Made by a program: the position numbers and the translations under genes. From positions 1 to 56,903 of the forward strand of contig DAOUDB010000064.1 of the NCBI GenBank assembly GCA_034431495.1: a DNA stretch of 56,903 nucleotides. The letters run 5' to 3'. Below the pieces are notes generated by a model. That model saw only the letters and a list, made by a program, of their open reading frames with translations, was not told the origin of the DNA and ran no database searches. The DNA is from Thermoflexales bacterium. Its GTDB lineage: Bacteria > Chloroflexota > Anaerolineae > J036 > Brachytrichaceae. Position 1 is the stretch's first letter. Each line of letters opens with the position of its first letter. Shown piece by piece: positions 16,908 to 28,418 of the stretch.

Positions 16908-18125
16908 CTAGGTGATTGGTATGTCATACACGCGATATCGCTTGTACACTTCTCCCCCAACGAGCTTGTTGATGCGGTTCATGTCCTCGTTCGTTTCCAG
17001 GATCCACGACATCTCGCCGCCGATCATGCCCTTGCGCAGGCCAACTTGCAGTGTTTTGTAGATCATGACCGCGTCCATGCCGCTGGCGCGATATTGGGGC
17101 AGCAAGCCCAGCAGGATCACACGCACGCTGTTGACCATCTTGCGCCGATACCATAGAAACTTGAGCAGCGTCCACCATTCCGGCGTGTTTGGATTGGGAT
17201 AGGCTTTGCGCAAAGGCCGGTTGACGTTGGGCAGCGTCACCGAGAAGCCAACCGGTTCCCCGTTCACTTCTGTGACGAAGATGAAATCCTGGTCGGCAAA
17301 TTGCTTGAGGTTGGTGGCCAGATGTTGCAATTCGTGGTCGGTCAGCGGCACGAAGCCCCAGTTTTTCTCCCACGCGCCGTTGTAGATTTTCTTGAGCTTC
17401 TCGATCTCGTTGTTGAAATCCTTGAGCACGGCATTGCGAACGATGAATTTGCCGCGCTTGAGTACGGCGTTGACCACGCGCTCGACCTTGCCCTGCAACA
17501 CCTTGTCTCGGGCGACGTCGATCGGCACCCACCAGGCCAGCAAGTCCATGGCCTTGCGGAAACCGTATTGCTCCAGCAGATCGATGTAGTAGCGCGGATT
17601 GTAAGTCATGAGCACCATCGGCTCCGAGTCAAAGCCCTCGATCAGCAAGCCCCACTCGTCATTGCTGCTCAGGGTGGCCGGGCCGCGCATGACGGTCATG
17701 CCGCGCGCGCGTAGCCAGTCGCGGGCCGTATCGAGCAATGCCCTGGCGACGGAGTAGTCGTTTACACACTCGAAGCCGCCGAAGAAGCCGGTCTTTTCCT
17801 CGTGAAACTCGTTGTGCCGGTGGTTGAGCACAGCCACGATAGTTCCGACAATCCTGCCATCGCGCCGGGCGACGAACATGCCGGCCTCGGCGTGCTCGAA
17901 GAAGGGGTTCTTGCTCTGATCATAGAACGCCTCGCGCTCGCTGATCAGTGGCGGCACCCAATAGGGGTCGCCCCGGTAGATCTCCCACTGGAACTCGATG
18001 AACGCGCGGCGCTCTGCGCGAGTCCGGCACTCGGCGATCTGAACGGGGAGAGAGGGCGAGGCTGTATGGGCCGGGCCGCTCGCCGTGGAATGAGTCGCAG
18101 ACGTGGCGTCGGGCGATGTGTGCAT
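16908..18125 (-). CDS. GNAT-fold acyltransferase-like protein (function unknown)
   Basis: 405-aa ORF with a protein-like sequence. Two segments resemble GNAT beta4 strands (FVARRDGRIVGTIVAV; FVTEVNGEPVGFSVTL). Family call is tentative. Confidence 0.6.
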   Translation of the reverse strand: MHTSPDATSATHSTASGPAHTASPSLPVQIAECRTRAERRAFIEFQWEIYRGDPYWVPPLISEREAFYDQSKNPFFEHAEAGMFVARRDGRIVGTIVAVLNHRHNEFHEEKTGFFGGFECVNDYSVARALLDTARDWLRARGMTVMRGPATLSSNDEWGLLIEGFDSEPMVLMTYNPRYYIDLLEQYGFRKAMDLLAWWVPIDVARDKVLQGKVERVVNAVLKRGKFIVRNAVLKDFNNEIEKLKKIYNGAWEKNWGFVPLTDHELQHLATNLKQFADQDFIFVTEVNGEPVGFSVTLPNVNRPLRKAYPNPNTPEWWTLLKFLWYRRKMVNSVRVILLGLLPQYRASGMDAVMIYKTLQVGLRKGMIGGEMSWILETNEDMNRINKLVGGEVYKRYRVYDIPIT

Positions 18126-18165
18126 GGTCGCAATTGTAAATCGGTTTCGGGGCCGGCCTGATTCG

Positions 18166-18174
18166 TGATATTAT
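18166..18174 (+). promoter_or_regulatory. Candidate extended -10 promoter (TGaTATTAT) ahead of the rpsF leader
   Basis: Sequence match only. Lies in the divergent spacer between the GNAT-like gene and rpsF. Confidence 0.3.
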
Positions 18175-18233
18175 TGGCTGTCGCCAAGGCCAGCCGAGGC
18201 GGCAGAGAAGCTTTCCGCTCCTGCGACTCACCC

Positions 18234-18265
18234 GCGGGCGCGCTGTCGAGCGTGTCCGCTTTTTT
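18234..18265 (+). terminator. Intrinsic-terminator-like hairpin plus T6 inside the rpsF 5' leader (possible attenuator or small-RNA end)
   Basis: Stem gcgggcgcgct / agcgtgtccgc (11 bp, two G-U pairs), loop gtcg, followed immediately by TTTTTT. Lies 77 nt upstream of the rpsF ATG. No plus-strand gene lies upstream. Confidence 0.5.
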
Positions 18266-18341
18266 GGCGCTAGTTGCGCGTCCAAAAGCCGGTGAAACAG
18301 CAGGGGCAGATATACCAGGGAAAGGAGTCACTTTTCATACA

Positions 18342-18764
18342 ATGTCTCGTTACTACGAACTGACGCTCATCATCAAGCCCGACATCGATGACGCCGGCGC
18401 GACCGCGCTCATGGAGCGCGTTTCAGGGTTCATCACCGCCGAGGGGGGCAAAATCCTCAAGTCCACTCCGTGGGGCATGCGCCGGCTGATGTATCCCATT
18501 CGCAAGTTCCGCGATGGCCGCTATGTGTTCAATCTGCTGGAACTGGACGCGAAGTCCGTCGCCCGCATTGAAAACCGGCTGAAGCTGGCCGAGGACATCA
18601 TTCGCTTTCTCTTCATCCGCGCTGACGACGACCTCGATGTGTCCCGGTTGTTGGAGACGCCTCCAGTTGCCGAGGCCGAGAATGTGGCCATAGCCGCGCC
18701 GGAGTCGATCGCGCCTGTGGATGCGGGCGAGCCGGCGCCATCGGAATCGCCGGCAACTGCGTGA
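18342..18764 (+). CDS. rpsF: 30S ribosomal protein S6
   Basis: MSRYYELTLIIKPD...WGMRRLMYPIRKFRDGRYVF, with an acidic/Pro-rich tail. AAAGGAG lies 15 nt upstream. Start trimmed from the ORF-track start at 18165. Confidence 0.92.
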   Translation: MSRYYELTLIIKPDIDDAGATALMERVSGFITAEGGKILKSTPWGMRRLMYPIRKFRDGRYVFNLLELDAKSVARIENRLKLAEDIIRFLFIRADDDLDVSRLLETPPVAEAENVAIAAPESIAPVDAGEPAPSESPATA

Positions 18765-18847
18765 CGAGCGCCTGGCGCGCCATCATCGAAGGGCGTATCC
18801 GGGCGAACGGCCCCGGCCTGCGCCCATGATGCAATTGGGAGAACACC

Positions 18848-19261
18848 ATGCGCGGTCTGAACAAGGTTTTGATCATCGGGCAACTGGGACGCGATCCTGA
18901 ACTGCGATACACGCCCGGCGGCAAGGCCGTGACTTCGTTCGCCGTCGAAACCCGGCGAACCTGGGTTACCCCCGAAGGCGAGCGCCGCGAGGATAGTGAG
19001 TGGTTCAACGTGGTTGCCTGGGGCAGCCTTGCTGAGATCTGCAAACAACATCTGATGCGCGGCCAGCAGGTCTATATCGAGGGGCGTCTCCAGACGCGAG
19101 GTTGGGAAGACGCCGATGGCAAGCGACATTACCGCACGGAAATCGTCGCCAATGAGATGATTCTGCTGGGCGAGCGCCGGGCGCATGCCGCCCACGACGA
19201 CTTCAATCAGTACGACGAAGACAGCGGGAGCAGCAACAGCGAAGAGACTTTCCCGTTCTAA
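18848..19261 (+). CDS. ssb: Single-stranded DNA-binding protein
   Basis: LNKVLIIGQLGRDPELRYTPGGKAVTSFAVE...EWFNVVAWG..AE OB-fold signature and an acidic C-terminal tip ...EETFPF. Confidence 0.93.
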   Translation: MRGLNKVLIIGQLGRDPELRYTPGGKAVTSFAVETRRTWVTPEGERREDSEWFNVVAWGSLAEICKQHLMRGQQVYIEGRLQTRGWEDADGKRHYRTEIVANEMILLGERRAHAAHDDFNQYDEDSGSSNSEETFPF

Positions 19262-19321
19262 GTTCGTCGGCCTCAAGCCTTTCGTTGCCGGATTGCTGAT
19301 CTCAAATCCCTCCAACACGAC

Positions 19322-20638
19322 ATGCCTTACAAGCCCAAGGTTTCCCAGTCCAACATCTCTGATCTGGTGCAGGCGCGTGATTCGCGCTACCAGCGCGAGC
19401 GCAGAATCCGCAAAACCGTGGTGATCGGCGTTCTGGCCGTTACCGTCCTGGTATCGCTGCTCATCGTCGCATTCGTGATCCAGGAATATGTCGTCAACCC
19501 CGGCCGCGCCGTCGCCACCGTGGGCGGTCAGCCCATCACGGTTTCGCAGGTCCAGTCACGGATGAGAATCGAGTTGGCGCAGGCTACATTCAACTACAGC
19601 CAGGTGATCCAGCAGATTCAGGCGGCGCAACAACAGAACGCGGAGGGGAGCAATGATTTCCTCATCCAGTTCTATCAGCAGCAACTTCAGCAGATCGCCA
19701 GTAGCATCGACACTGCGCAGATTGCCAACGCTGCTCTGGACTCGCTCATTGAAGATCAGTTGATCCGGCAGGAGGCGCAGCGGCGAGGCATCGTGGTGTC
19801 GCCCGAAGAAGTGCAGGAGGAGATTGAGCGCCAGAACGGCTTTTACCGCGCAACCTTGACGCCTTTCCCCACCTACACACCCGCTCCAACCCCAACACCG
19901 TCGCCTACACCCACCGATACAGCCGGCCTCACCGAAACAGCCGTCATCACCCCGGTGGAGGCGCCGACGCTCGCGCCGCCGGCTCAGCCCACCTCCATCA
20001 GCCAGGCCGATCTTGACCAGATCAGACAACGCGGGCGCGAGTTTTATGTGTCGATGGGATATCCTGAATCTGAGTTCGAGCGGGTCTATGAAAGCAGCCT
20101 GATCGCCCAGCGTTTGCAGGAAGCCATTGGCAGCGAAGTGCCGACGCGCACCATGCATTACCAGTTTAGCTACATTCGCTTCAACACAGTCGAGTCGGCC
20201 ACGGAAGGTTTGCAACAACTGACCTCGGGCGCCATGACCTTCGATATGCTCATCAGCCAGACGAACGCCATCACCCAGCCGGCAGTGGTCGGTTCCGGCG
20301 GCGTGCGCGACTGGCACAGCGCCACGGCTGTCGAGCAGGAGTTTGGCGTCGATGTGCTGAGCGCGCTGGATACGGCGACTCTCAATCAGCCCTCTCCCAT
20401 TGTGACGTCCAGCCTGGGTGGGGCTTACTTGTTGCTGCCCACTGGTCGTGAAATCCGCGATCGCACAGAAGACGAGTTGAGGACGGCTCAGCAGCAGGCT
20501 TATAACGACTGGCTGCGCAATGCCCAAAATGACCCGGCCCAGGTGCAGCGTCTCATCGATCCGGCCACGATTGTGCCGGCCACTCTCAGAACTCAGATCG
20601 ATCAATTCCGGCGGGCCAACCTGTCGGGCGCGCAGTAA
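19322..20638 (+). CDS. Membrane-anchored SurA/PpiD-like chaperone with a degenerate parvulin-like domain
   Basis: N-terminal TM segment (VVIGVLAVTVLVSLLIVAFVI). SurA_N-like segment (VATVGGQPITVSQVQSRM...). Pro/Thr linker. C-terminal segment resembling PpiC (..LNQPSPIVTSSLGGAYLLLP). Family call is moderate. Confidence 0.6.
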   Translation: MPYKPKVSQSNISDLVQARDSRYQRERRIRKTVVIGVLAVTVLVSLLIVAFVIQEYVVNPGRAVATVGGQPITVSQVQSRMRIELAQATFNYSQVIQQIQAAQQQNAEGSNDFLIQFYQQQLQQIASSIDTAQIANAALDSLIEDQLIRQEAQRRGIVVSPEEVQEEIERQNGFYRATLTPFPTYTPAPTPTPSPTPTDTAGLTETAVITPVEAPTLAPPAQPTSISQADLDQIRQRGREFYVSMGYPESEFERVYESSLIAQRLQEAIGSEVPTRTMHYQFSYIRFNTVESATEGLQQLTSGAMTFDMLISQTNAITQPAVVGSGGVRDWHSATAVEQEFGVDVLSALDTATLNQPSPIVTSSLGGAYLLLPTGREIRDRTEDELRTAQQQAYNDWLRNAQNDPAQVQRLIDPATIVPATLRTQIDQFRRANLSGAQ

Positions 20639-20676
20639 CCGGGTTCCGAGATTTCTGTCGCGCAATGCCCGGCGTC

Positions 20677-20705
20677 TTGCCCAAACCTAACCGGTCGGGT
20701 ATCAT
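20677..20705 (+). promoter_or_regulatory. Candidate sigma70-type promoter for atpA (TTGCCC - 17 nt - TATCAT)
   Basis: Hexamers and 17-nt spacing read from the sequence, about 90 nt upstream of atpA. Not validated. Confidence 0.3.
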
Positions 20706-20795
20706 GCCGGTCTGTGACAAATGGAGCAAACTCGTTGGACGCCGGCTGAATGCTGAGGGGTGTCCGGCAGTTGACCACACTGCGGAGGATATGGA

Positions 20796-22502
20796 ATGAT
20801 TCGTTCGGATTCGCCCGCGAGCGACATAGACCTGGGTAGCATCGCTGAAGCTCTGCGCGCGCAGATTGACCAATTTGCCCCAACACTGGAGGCCGTTGAC
20901 GTTGGCACTGTTGTCGAAATCGGCGACGGTATTGCGCGTTGTAGCGGTCTGAAGAACGCGCAGGCTTCCGAGTTGGTGGAGTTTACCAAGAGCGGGAAGC
21001 TGGGCATGGCGCTGAACCTGGAGCCGGATGAAGTCGGCGTGATCGTCATGGGCGACTACCAGGATATCGAAGAAGGCGACACCGTGCGTTCCACTGGCCG
21101 CATCATCTCCGTGCCGGTTGGAGAGGCGCTGATCGGCCGTGTGGTCGACCCGCTGGGCCGGCCCCTGGACGGCAAAGGGCCGATCAACACCACAAAGTTT
21201 CGCCCGCTGGAGCGCATCGCTCCTGGTGTCGTCAAGCGCGCCAATGTGGATACTCCGGTGCAGACCGGAATCAAGGCCATCGATGCCCTGATCCCGATCG
21301 GGCGCGGTCAGCGCGAACTGATCATCGGCGATCGCAGCACAGGCAAGACTGCCGTGTGTGTCGATGCCATCATCAACCAGAAGGGCAAGGGCATGGTGTG
21401 CATCTACGTGGCGATCGGCCAGAAGCTGGCTCAGATTGCGCGCGTGGTCGCCACGCTCGAAAAGTACGGCGCAATGGATTACACCATCGTCGTTGTGGCT
21501 GCCGCCTCCGACGCCGCTGCGCTGCAATATATCGCCCCCTACGCCGGCGCGGCCATGGGCGAGGAAGTCATGGAGAGCGGTGTGACCGTGCAGGGCCAGA
21601 TCGTGAACGACGCGCTGTGCGTGTACGACGACCTGACCAAGCACGCCTATGCCTATCGCCAGGTGTCGCTGCTGCTGCGCCGCCCGCCGGCCCGCGAAGC
21701 GTACCCCGGCGACATCTTCTATCTGCACTCTCGTCTGCTCGAGCGTGCCGCTCGCCTGGCGCCCGAATTTGTCATTCGCAAGCAAGATGACTCTTCGGAG
21801 TGGGGCAACGGCGAAAGTGTGAATGGCAAGATTTACACCGATGCGCTGGGCGAAGAGCAGGCCAAGCACGATCTCAAGGCACTCGGCGAGGGGCACAAAC
21901 TGGTGCGCAATCCGCGCTCCGGCGGCTCTTTGACCGCCCTGCCGATTATTGAGACGCAGTTGGGCGATATTTCGGCTTACGTCCCCACCAACGTCATCTC
22001 GATCACCGACGGACAGTTGTTCCTGGAGACCGACCTCTTCAACGCCGGCATTCGCCCGGCCATCAGTGTCGGCCTCAGCGTCAGCCGCGTGGGTGGCGAC
22101 GCGCAAACCCGCGCTATGAAACAGGTGGCCGGCCGGCTGAAACTCGAACTCTCCCAGTTCCGCGAATTGCAGGCATTTGCCAGCTTTGGCAGCGATCTGG
22201 ATAAGACAACTCAGGCGACGCTGGATCGCGGCCGCCGGCTGACGGAGATGCTCAAGCAACGGCAATACGAGCCTCGCACGCTGGCTGCCGAGGTCACGGC
22301 GCTCTTCGCGGTGACAAACGGATACCTTGACAAGGTTCCGGTCAGCCGTGTGGTCGCCTGGGAGGAAGCCTTCATCAAATATATGGAGACGACCTACCCG
22401 GATATCAACAAGACGATCATGGACGAGAAGCGCTTGAGCGACGACACCATTGCCAGGCTGCGCGTGGCCGTCGAGGCGTTCAACCGGAGTTGGTCCGGCT
22501 GA
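20796..22502 (+). CDS. atpA: F1 ATP synthase alpha subunit (568 aa, with a lineage-specific insertion)
   Basis: Walker [86 protein letters not shown]. Confidence 0.95.
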   Translation: MIRSDSPASDIDLGSIAEALRAQIDQFAPTLEAVDVGTVVEIGDGIARCSGLKNAQASELVEFTKSGKLGMALNLEPDEVGVIVMGDYQDIEEGDTVRSTGRIISVPVGEALIGRVVDPLGRPLDGKGPINTTKFRPLERIAPGVVKRANVDTPVQTGIKAIDALIPIGRGQRELIIGDRSTGKTAVCVDAIINQKGKGMVCIYVAIGQKLAQIARVVATLEKYGAMDYTIVVVAAASDAAALQYIAPYAGAAMGEEVMESGVTVQGQIVNDALCVYDDLTKHAYAYRQVSLLLRRPPAREAYPGDIFYLHSRLLERAARLAPEFVIRKQDDSSEWGNGESVNGKIYTDALGEEQAKHDLKALGEGHKLVRNPRSGGSLTALPIIETQLGDISAYVPTNVISITDGQLFLETDLFNAGIRPAISVGLSVSRVGGDAQTRAMKQVAGRLKLELSQFRELQAFASFGSDLDKTTQATLDRGRRLTEMLKQRQYEPRTLAAEVTALFAVTNGYLDKVPVSRVVAWEEAFIKYMETTYPDINKTIMDEKRLSDDTIARLRVAVEAFNRSWSG

Positions 22503-22559
22503 AGTCAGGCCGCCGGCTTTCCGACCCGGCGACACTGACGAGCGAGGCTTTCACCGCTC

Positions 22560-23474
22560 ATGGCAACTGCACGAGAAATCCGACGCCGCATCCGCAGCGT
22601 CAGAAATATCCGCCAGATCACCCGCGCGCTCGAGGCAGTCAGCGCGAGCAAGGTGCGCCGTGCCCAGGACGCTGTGCAAAGCACACGGCCCTATGCCAGC
22701 ATGGCGCGCCAGTTGCTGGCCGACGTGGCAGCGCTCGCCGGTGGCGAGACGCGTCATCCCTTGCTCACCCGGCGTGACGTTGTCAACAGCGCCTATATCC
22801 TGTTGATCACGTCTGATCGCGGCCTGTGCGGCGCATTCAACACCAATGTGGCGCGAGAAGCGTTTGACTTTGCGCGCGACTACGGCAAGCCGGTCAGTTA
22901 CGTGACCATTGGGCGCAAGGGCCGCGACTTTCTGCATCGGCGCGGGCGAAACATTGTCGCCGAGTTCGCCAATTTGCCAGCGCGCCCTGGATTGCTCGAC
23001 ACCACCGCCGCCACCCGCACCCTGATTCAGGACTTCCTCGACGGCCGGTGCGATGAAGTCTACCTGGCCTTTACCGAATTCCGCAGCATGGTGTCACAGC
23101 GCCCGGTGATCCGTCGGCTGCTGCCGCTGGCTGCTGACGATCTGGCCGGCGACCTGCCCAAAGGGGGGCCGCGCCCGGCGTATGACTTCGAGCCTGGCCC
23201 GGTCGAAATCCTCGACGGCCTGCTCCCCCGCCTGACAGAAATGCAGGTCTATGTAGCCGTGCTGGAATCGCTGGCCAGCGAACACGCCGCGCGCATGGTC
23301 GCCATGCGCAATGCCACAGATAGCGCCAGTGACCTGATCTTCAGCCTCACGCTGAGTTACAACAAGGCTCGCCAGCAGGGCATCACCAACGAGCTGCTTG
23401 ATATTGCCGGCGGAACCAGCGCTCTGGAGCAAACGCTGAAACAGGCCGCCGCAGCCAATCAATTGCGCGCATGA
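22560..23474 (+). CDS. atpG: F1 ATP synthase gamma subunit
   Basis: MATAREIRRRIRSVRNIRQITRALEAVSASKVRRAQ..., ITSDRGLCGAFN, C-terminal ARM.AM.NATD.A..L...L.L.YNKARQ..IT.EL.DI. Confidence 0.93.
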   Translation: MATAREIRRRIRSVRNIRQITRALEAVSASKVRRAQDAVQSTRPYASMARQLLADVAALAGGETRHPLLTRRDVVNSAYILLITSDRGLCGAFNTNVAREAFDFARDYGKPVSYVTIGRKGRDFLHRRGRNIVAEFANLPARPGLLDTTAATRTLIQDFLDGRCDEVYLAFTEFRSMVSQRPVIRRLLPLAADDLAGDLPKGGPRPAYDFEPGPVEILDGLLPRLTEMQVYVAVLESLASEHAARMVAMRNATDSASDLIFSLTLSYNKARQQGITNELLDIAGGTSALEQTLKQAAAANQLRA

Positions 23475-25279
23475 GCGTTGCACGACGGACGACGGACGAC
23501 GGAGTGCCAACGGCTGCTCTTGTCGTGGACCTCCGTCCTGATGCGCAGGTGGGCCGCGTTTCGGGAAGACGGGGCGCATTGAGCTTGCTCCACACGGCTA
23601 TGTTGGCCGCTTGCGTCGCGCTCTTTTTGTCTGTCGCATTGCGCCAGCTCGACCTGCCCGGCCTGTACTACGATGAGGCGCTCGACCTTGCGCCGATGCT
23701 GGACATCATGCGCGGCGCCCCGACGCCCCTGTTGCGCGGCATCGGCGTGACGATTGGCGGGCACACCTATCCGGTCATGCTCATGGACTACATGGGCAGT
23801 CTCAACGGCTATGTGACATTGCCCTTCATGCTTGTGTTGGGGCCGGGTGTGGCGGCGGCTCGCCTGTCGCCCATCCTCTTCTCTGCAGTCACCATCATTC
23901 TGGCGTACGCTGTTGCGCGCGCCTGGTTTGGTCGGTCTGCGGGGCTGCTCACGGCGTTGCTGCTGGCCGCCAACCCGTCGTTTATCTGGTTCAGCCGACA
24001 GGGTATCACGGTTACATCGATCATGACCGTGTTTTCGCTAGGCAGCTGGCTGCTCCTTGACCAGTGGCGGCGCGGCATCCGGGAAGGCGGACAGACCCCG
24101 CGGCTTGTCGGCCGCGCGCGCCTGATGGTGCTGGCGGCAGGTGTGTTGCTGGGCCTGGGCCTATGGGCCAAGATTATCTTTCTCTGGTGGATCGCGCTGT
24201 TGGGTGTGATGGGGCTGGTGTGGTTGCTGACAATGCCACGCCCTGTTGCCGCTACAGCCAGCGTTCCAACGCGCCTTCTGCGGGAAGCGCCCTGGGTTGT
24301 TCTGGGATTTATGATTGGCGCGGCGCCATTCGTGTATTTCAACCTGGCTGGGCTGGCGCAAGGGCAGACGCCGGCGACGCTGGATCTCCTGTTTCGTTCG
24401 CTGTTTGAGCCGACCCAGTATGGCATCAACAACACCAATCTGTTGGCGAACCTGAGCAAGCGTGCGCAGGATTTCGCCGTCTTCCTCAACGGCAGTTACT
24501 TCTGGTTTCTCGCGCCGGTGCCATATGGCAATGTGTTTTCCGTGCCGGCGTTTCTCGCTGCTGCCGTCGCCGGCTCGGCCCTGGCGTTTCGGCGCCCCGA
24601 GTGGCGCAAGTGGGTGGCGCTGATTGTCTGCGTCACAGCCTATCTTCCGATCAGCGCGTTCACTGTGTCTGATCTGTGGGCGACACACTTCTTTGTGCTT
24701 TTCCCGCTGCCTCAGATGGCGGTGGCTGTGGCGGCAGTATGGTTGGCGCAGGCCGTTGCGCGCGCCGTGTTTCGCGCCGGCACTGTTCGCGCCGGCACTG
24801 TTCGCTCTACGCTTGTGAGCGGCGTATTGGCGGTTGGTCTGATTGCGCTGCCCCTCAGCCGCGACTTGTGGGTCAACCAGCAATATCATGAACAGCTTGG
24901 GGTGATGGGCGGGTCGGGCCGGTTTTCAGACGCGATCTACAAGCTGGCGGCGTATCTGGATGCGGAAGGCGTTGTGGAGCCGGTGGCGCTCGACTGGGGC
25001 ATCGAGAAGAACGTGCGCGTGCTCACCGGAGATCGGGTGCGACCGGTGGAACTGTTCGGGTTTTCTGCCGAGGCTGACGATACTTTTCGGCAGCGCGCGC
25101 AGGAAATGCTGGCCGACCGATCCCGTCTATACATCGTGCTTTGGGACCGGTTTGCCGTTTATAATCGGCGGTTAGTGTTTACGCAGATTGCACAAGGCAT
25201 GGGACGCGACGTGGTCGAGACATTCATCGCGCATGAGCGGAGCGGTTTGCCCGTGTATGTTGTCTTGCAGGCACAGTAA
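23471..25279 (+). CDS. Polytopic GT-C glycosyltransferase-like membrane protein (GT39 / ArnT-PMT-like) embedded in the atp cluster
   Basis: About 12 hydrophobic segments. Acidic first-loop motif GLYYDEALDL. C-terminal soluble domain. The start ATG overlaps the atpG stop (ATGA at 23471-23474). Family call is by architecture and motif only. Confidence 0.6.
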   Translation: MSVARRTTDDGVPTAALVVDLRPDAQVGRVSGRRGALSLLHTAMLAACVALFLSVALRQLDLPGLYYDEALDLAPMLDIMRGAPTPLLRGIGVTIGGHTYPVMLMDYMGSLNGYVTLPFMLVLGPGVAAARLSPILFSAVTIILAYAVARAWFGRSAGLLTALLLAANPSFIWFSRQGITVTSIMTVFSLGSWLLLDQWRRGIREGGQTPRLVGRARLMVLAAGVLLGLGLWAKIIFLWWIALLGVMGLVWLLTMPRPVAATASVPTRLLREAPWVVLGFMIGAAPFVYFNLAGLAQGQTPATLDLLFRSLFEPTQYGINNTNLLANLSKRAQDFAVFLNGSYFWFLAPVPYGNVFSVPAFLAAAVAGSALAFRRPEWRKWVALIVCVTAYLPISAFTVSDLWATHFFVLFPLPQMAVAVAAVWLAQAVARAVFRAGTVRAGTVRSTLVSGVLAVGLIALPLSRDLWVNQQYHEQLGVMGGSGRFSDAIYKLAAYLDAEGVVEPVALDWGIEKNVRVLTGDRVRPVELFGFSAEADDTFRQRAQEMLADRSRLYIVLWDRFAVYNRRLVFTQIAQGMGRDVVETFIAHERSGLPVYVVLQAQ

Positions 25280-25406
25280 CAGAATGAGATTGAACTTCTG
25301 GCCGCGCAGCTTTTCGCGCCGGCCCAGTCGAGCCTCTGAGGGTGTCGTGAGGCGCGCTTACGAGATACGTCGAAAACCAACGGTAATACCAAAAACGGAG
25401 CAATAG

Positions 25407-26825
<1,419 letters not shown>

Positions 26826-26828
26826 GGG

Positions 26829-26876
26829 ATTGAGTCATTGGGTGATTGAGTCATTGAGTCATTGAGTCATTGACTC
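26829..26876. repeat. Six tandem octamers (ATTGAGTC consensus; the last unit is inverted to give the palindrome TTGAGTCATTGACTCAA)
   Basis: Read directly from the sequence. Fills the atpD-atpC spacer. Confidence 0.85.
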
Positions 26877-26899
26877 AATCGCCAGGTGGGCAGGTTCTG

Positions 26900-27328
26900 A
26901 TGCCACTGAGTCTGGAAATCGTAACGGGCGAGCGCGAGGTCTTCAAGGGCGACGTCGACATGATCAACGTGCCGGGCGGCGACGGCGACATGGGCATTCT
27001 GCCGAAACATGCGCCGGTGCTGTCCACGCTCAAGCCGGGCGTGTTGCGGGTCAAGATCGGTAATGATTATCAGGAGTTTGCCATAGGCGGCGGCTTCATC
27101 AACATCCTGGGCGATCGCGTCATCATTCTGGCAGACAGTGCCGAGCGGGCCGACGAGATCGATATTGCTCGCGCTGAGGCGGCCCGGCTGCGGGCTGAGG
27201 AGATGCTGAAGAACGCGCCCGAAAACAAAGAGGACTTGTTCCGGTTGGAAGCCGCCTTGCGCAAGAGCGAGGCCCGCCTGAAGGTGGCCAATCGCCGATC
27301 CGCGCGGCGGACAGAGTTGCCGACCTAG
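26900..27328 (+). CDS. atpC: F1 ATP synthase epsilon subunit
   Basis: [49 protein letters not shown]... plus a C-terminal helical hairpin. Start trimmed to the ATG at 26900; the ORF-track start at 26870 is a TTG inside the repeat. Confidence 0.9.
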   Translation: MPLSLEIVTGEREVFKGDVDMINVPGGDGDMGILPKHAPVLSTLKPGVLRVKIGNDYQEFAIGGGFINILGDRVIILADSAERADEIDIARAEAARLRAEEMLKNAPENKEDLFRLEAALRKSEARLKVANRRSARRTELPT

Positions 27329-27410
27329 CGAGACGATTCAGCCGGGCGCCGGCATACGGCCGGCATGCCCCGCATCTGAACGTCCATTCAACGAGCATAC
27401 GGCGCTGACG

Positions 27411-28418
27411 ATGAGCTTCATGAGAGCGGAAGTCGGGATTGACCTGGGCACGGTGCATGTAGTCATCTACTTGCGCGGCAAAGGCATCGTGATCCAGGAA
27501 CCCTCGATCGTGGCGATGATCAGCCGCGAAGAAAAGATCGTGGAGGTGGGCGAGGCGGCCCGGCAAATGTATGGCCGCACCCCTGATGAGATCGAAGTGG
27601 CCCGGCCTGTGCGCGACGGTGTGATCGCTGACTATCAGGTGACTCAGCGCATGCTGGGCTACTTTGTCGCCCGTGTAAAAGGGCTGAAGTTTCTCCCTCC
27701 CCGCATTGTGATCGGGGTGCCGTATGGCGTGACGAGCGTAGAGCGCCGGGCTGTGCGCGAGGCAGCCATCGAAGCCGGCGGCGGCGAAGTCTATCTATTG
27801 CGCGAGCCGCTGGCAGCCGCCCTGGGCGCCGGCCTGCCGGTCGATACCGCCACCGGCAATCTGGTGCTCGACCTCGGCGGCGGCACCGCCGAAGCCGCCG
27901 TGGTGTCGATGAACGGCATCGTGGTTGCCAACTCTGTGCGCGTCGGCGGCATCAAGTTGGACGAGGCCATTCAAAACTTCATCCGCCGCAAGTACAACCT
28001 TGCCATCGGCGAGCCGACCGCCGAAGACATCAAGATTCAGATTGGCAGCGCCATGCCTCTCGAAGACGAGTTGATCATGCAGGTGCAGGGGCGGGATCAG
28101 GTAACCGGCCTGCCGCGCACGATCGAACTCACTTCCACCGAAATCACTGAAGCGTTGCAGGAGCCGCTGTCTCAGGTCGCGGCTTGCGTGCGCTCGGTGC
28201 TCGAACGGACGCCTCCCGAACTGGCCTCGGACATCATCGACCGCGGCATGGCCATGACCGGCGGCACGGCCCTGTTGCGCAAGTTGGATGAATACATGTC
28301 GCGCGAGGTTGGCGTGCCGGCCTATGTCGCCGACGCGCCCATGGCGTGTGTGGCGCTCGGCACCGGTCGCGCCCTCGAGAACATCGAGGTCCTCAAGCGC
28401 ACGGAACCGATGGTGTGA
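27411..28418 (+). CDS. mreB: Rod-shape-determining actin homologue MreB
   Basis: [38 protein letters not shown]...[18 protein letters not shown]. Confidence 0.94.
   Translation: MSFMRAEVGIDLGTVHVVIYLRGKGIVIQEPSIVAMISREEKIVEVGEAARQMYGRTPDEIEVARPVRDGVIADYQVTQRMLGYFVARVKGLKFLPPRIVIGVPYGVTSVERRAVREAAIEAGGGEVYLLREPLAAALGAGLPVDTATGNLVLDLGGGTAEAAVVSMNGIVVANSVRVGGIKLDEAIQNFIRRKYNLAIGEPTAEDIKIQIGSAMPLEDELIMQVQGRDQVTGLPRTIELTSTEITEALQEPLSQVAACVRSVLERTPPELASDIIDRGMAMTGGTALLRKLDEYMSREVGVPAYVADAPMACVALGTGRALENIEVLKRTEPMV

Noticed and set aside
20586-22535. 649-aa minus-strand ORF antisense to atpA
   Set aside because: atpA on the plus strand is unambiguous. The antisense translation has no recognisable features.
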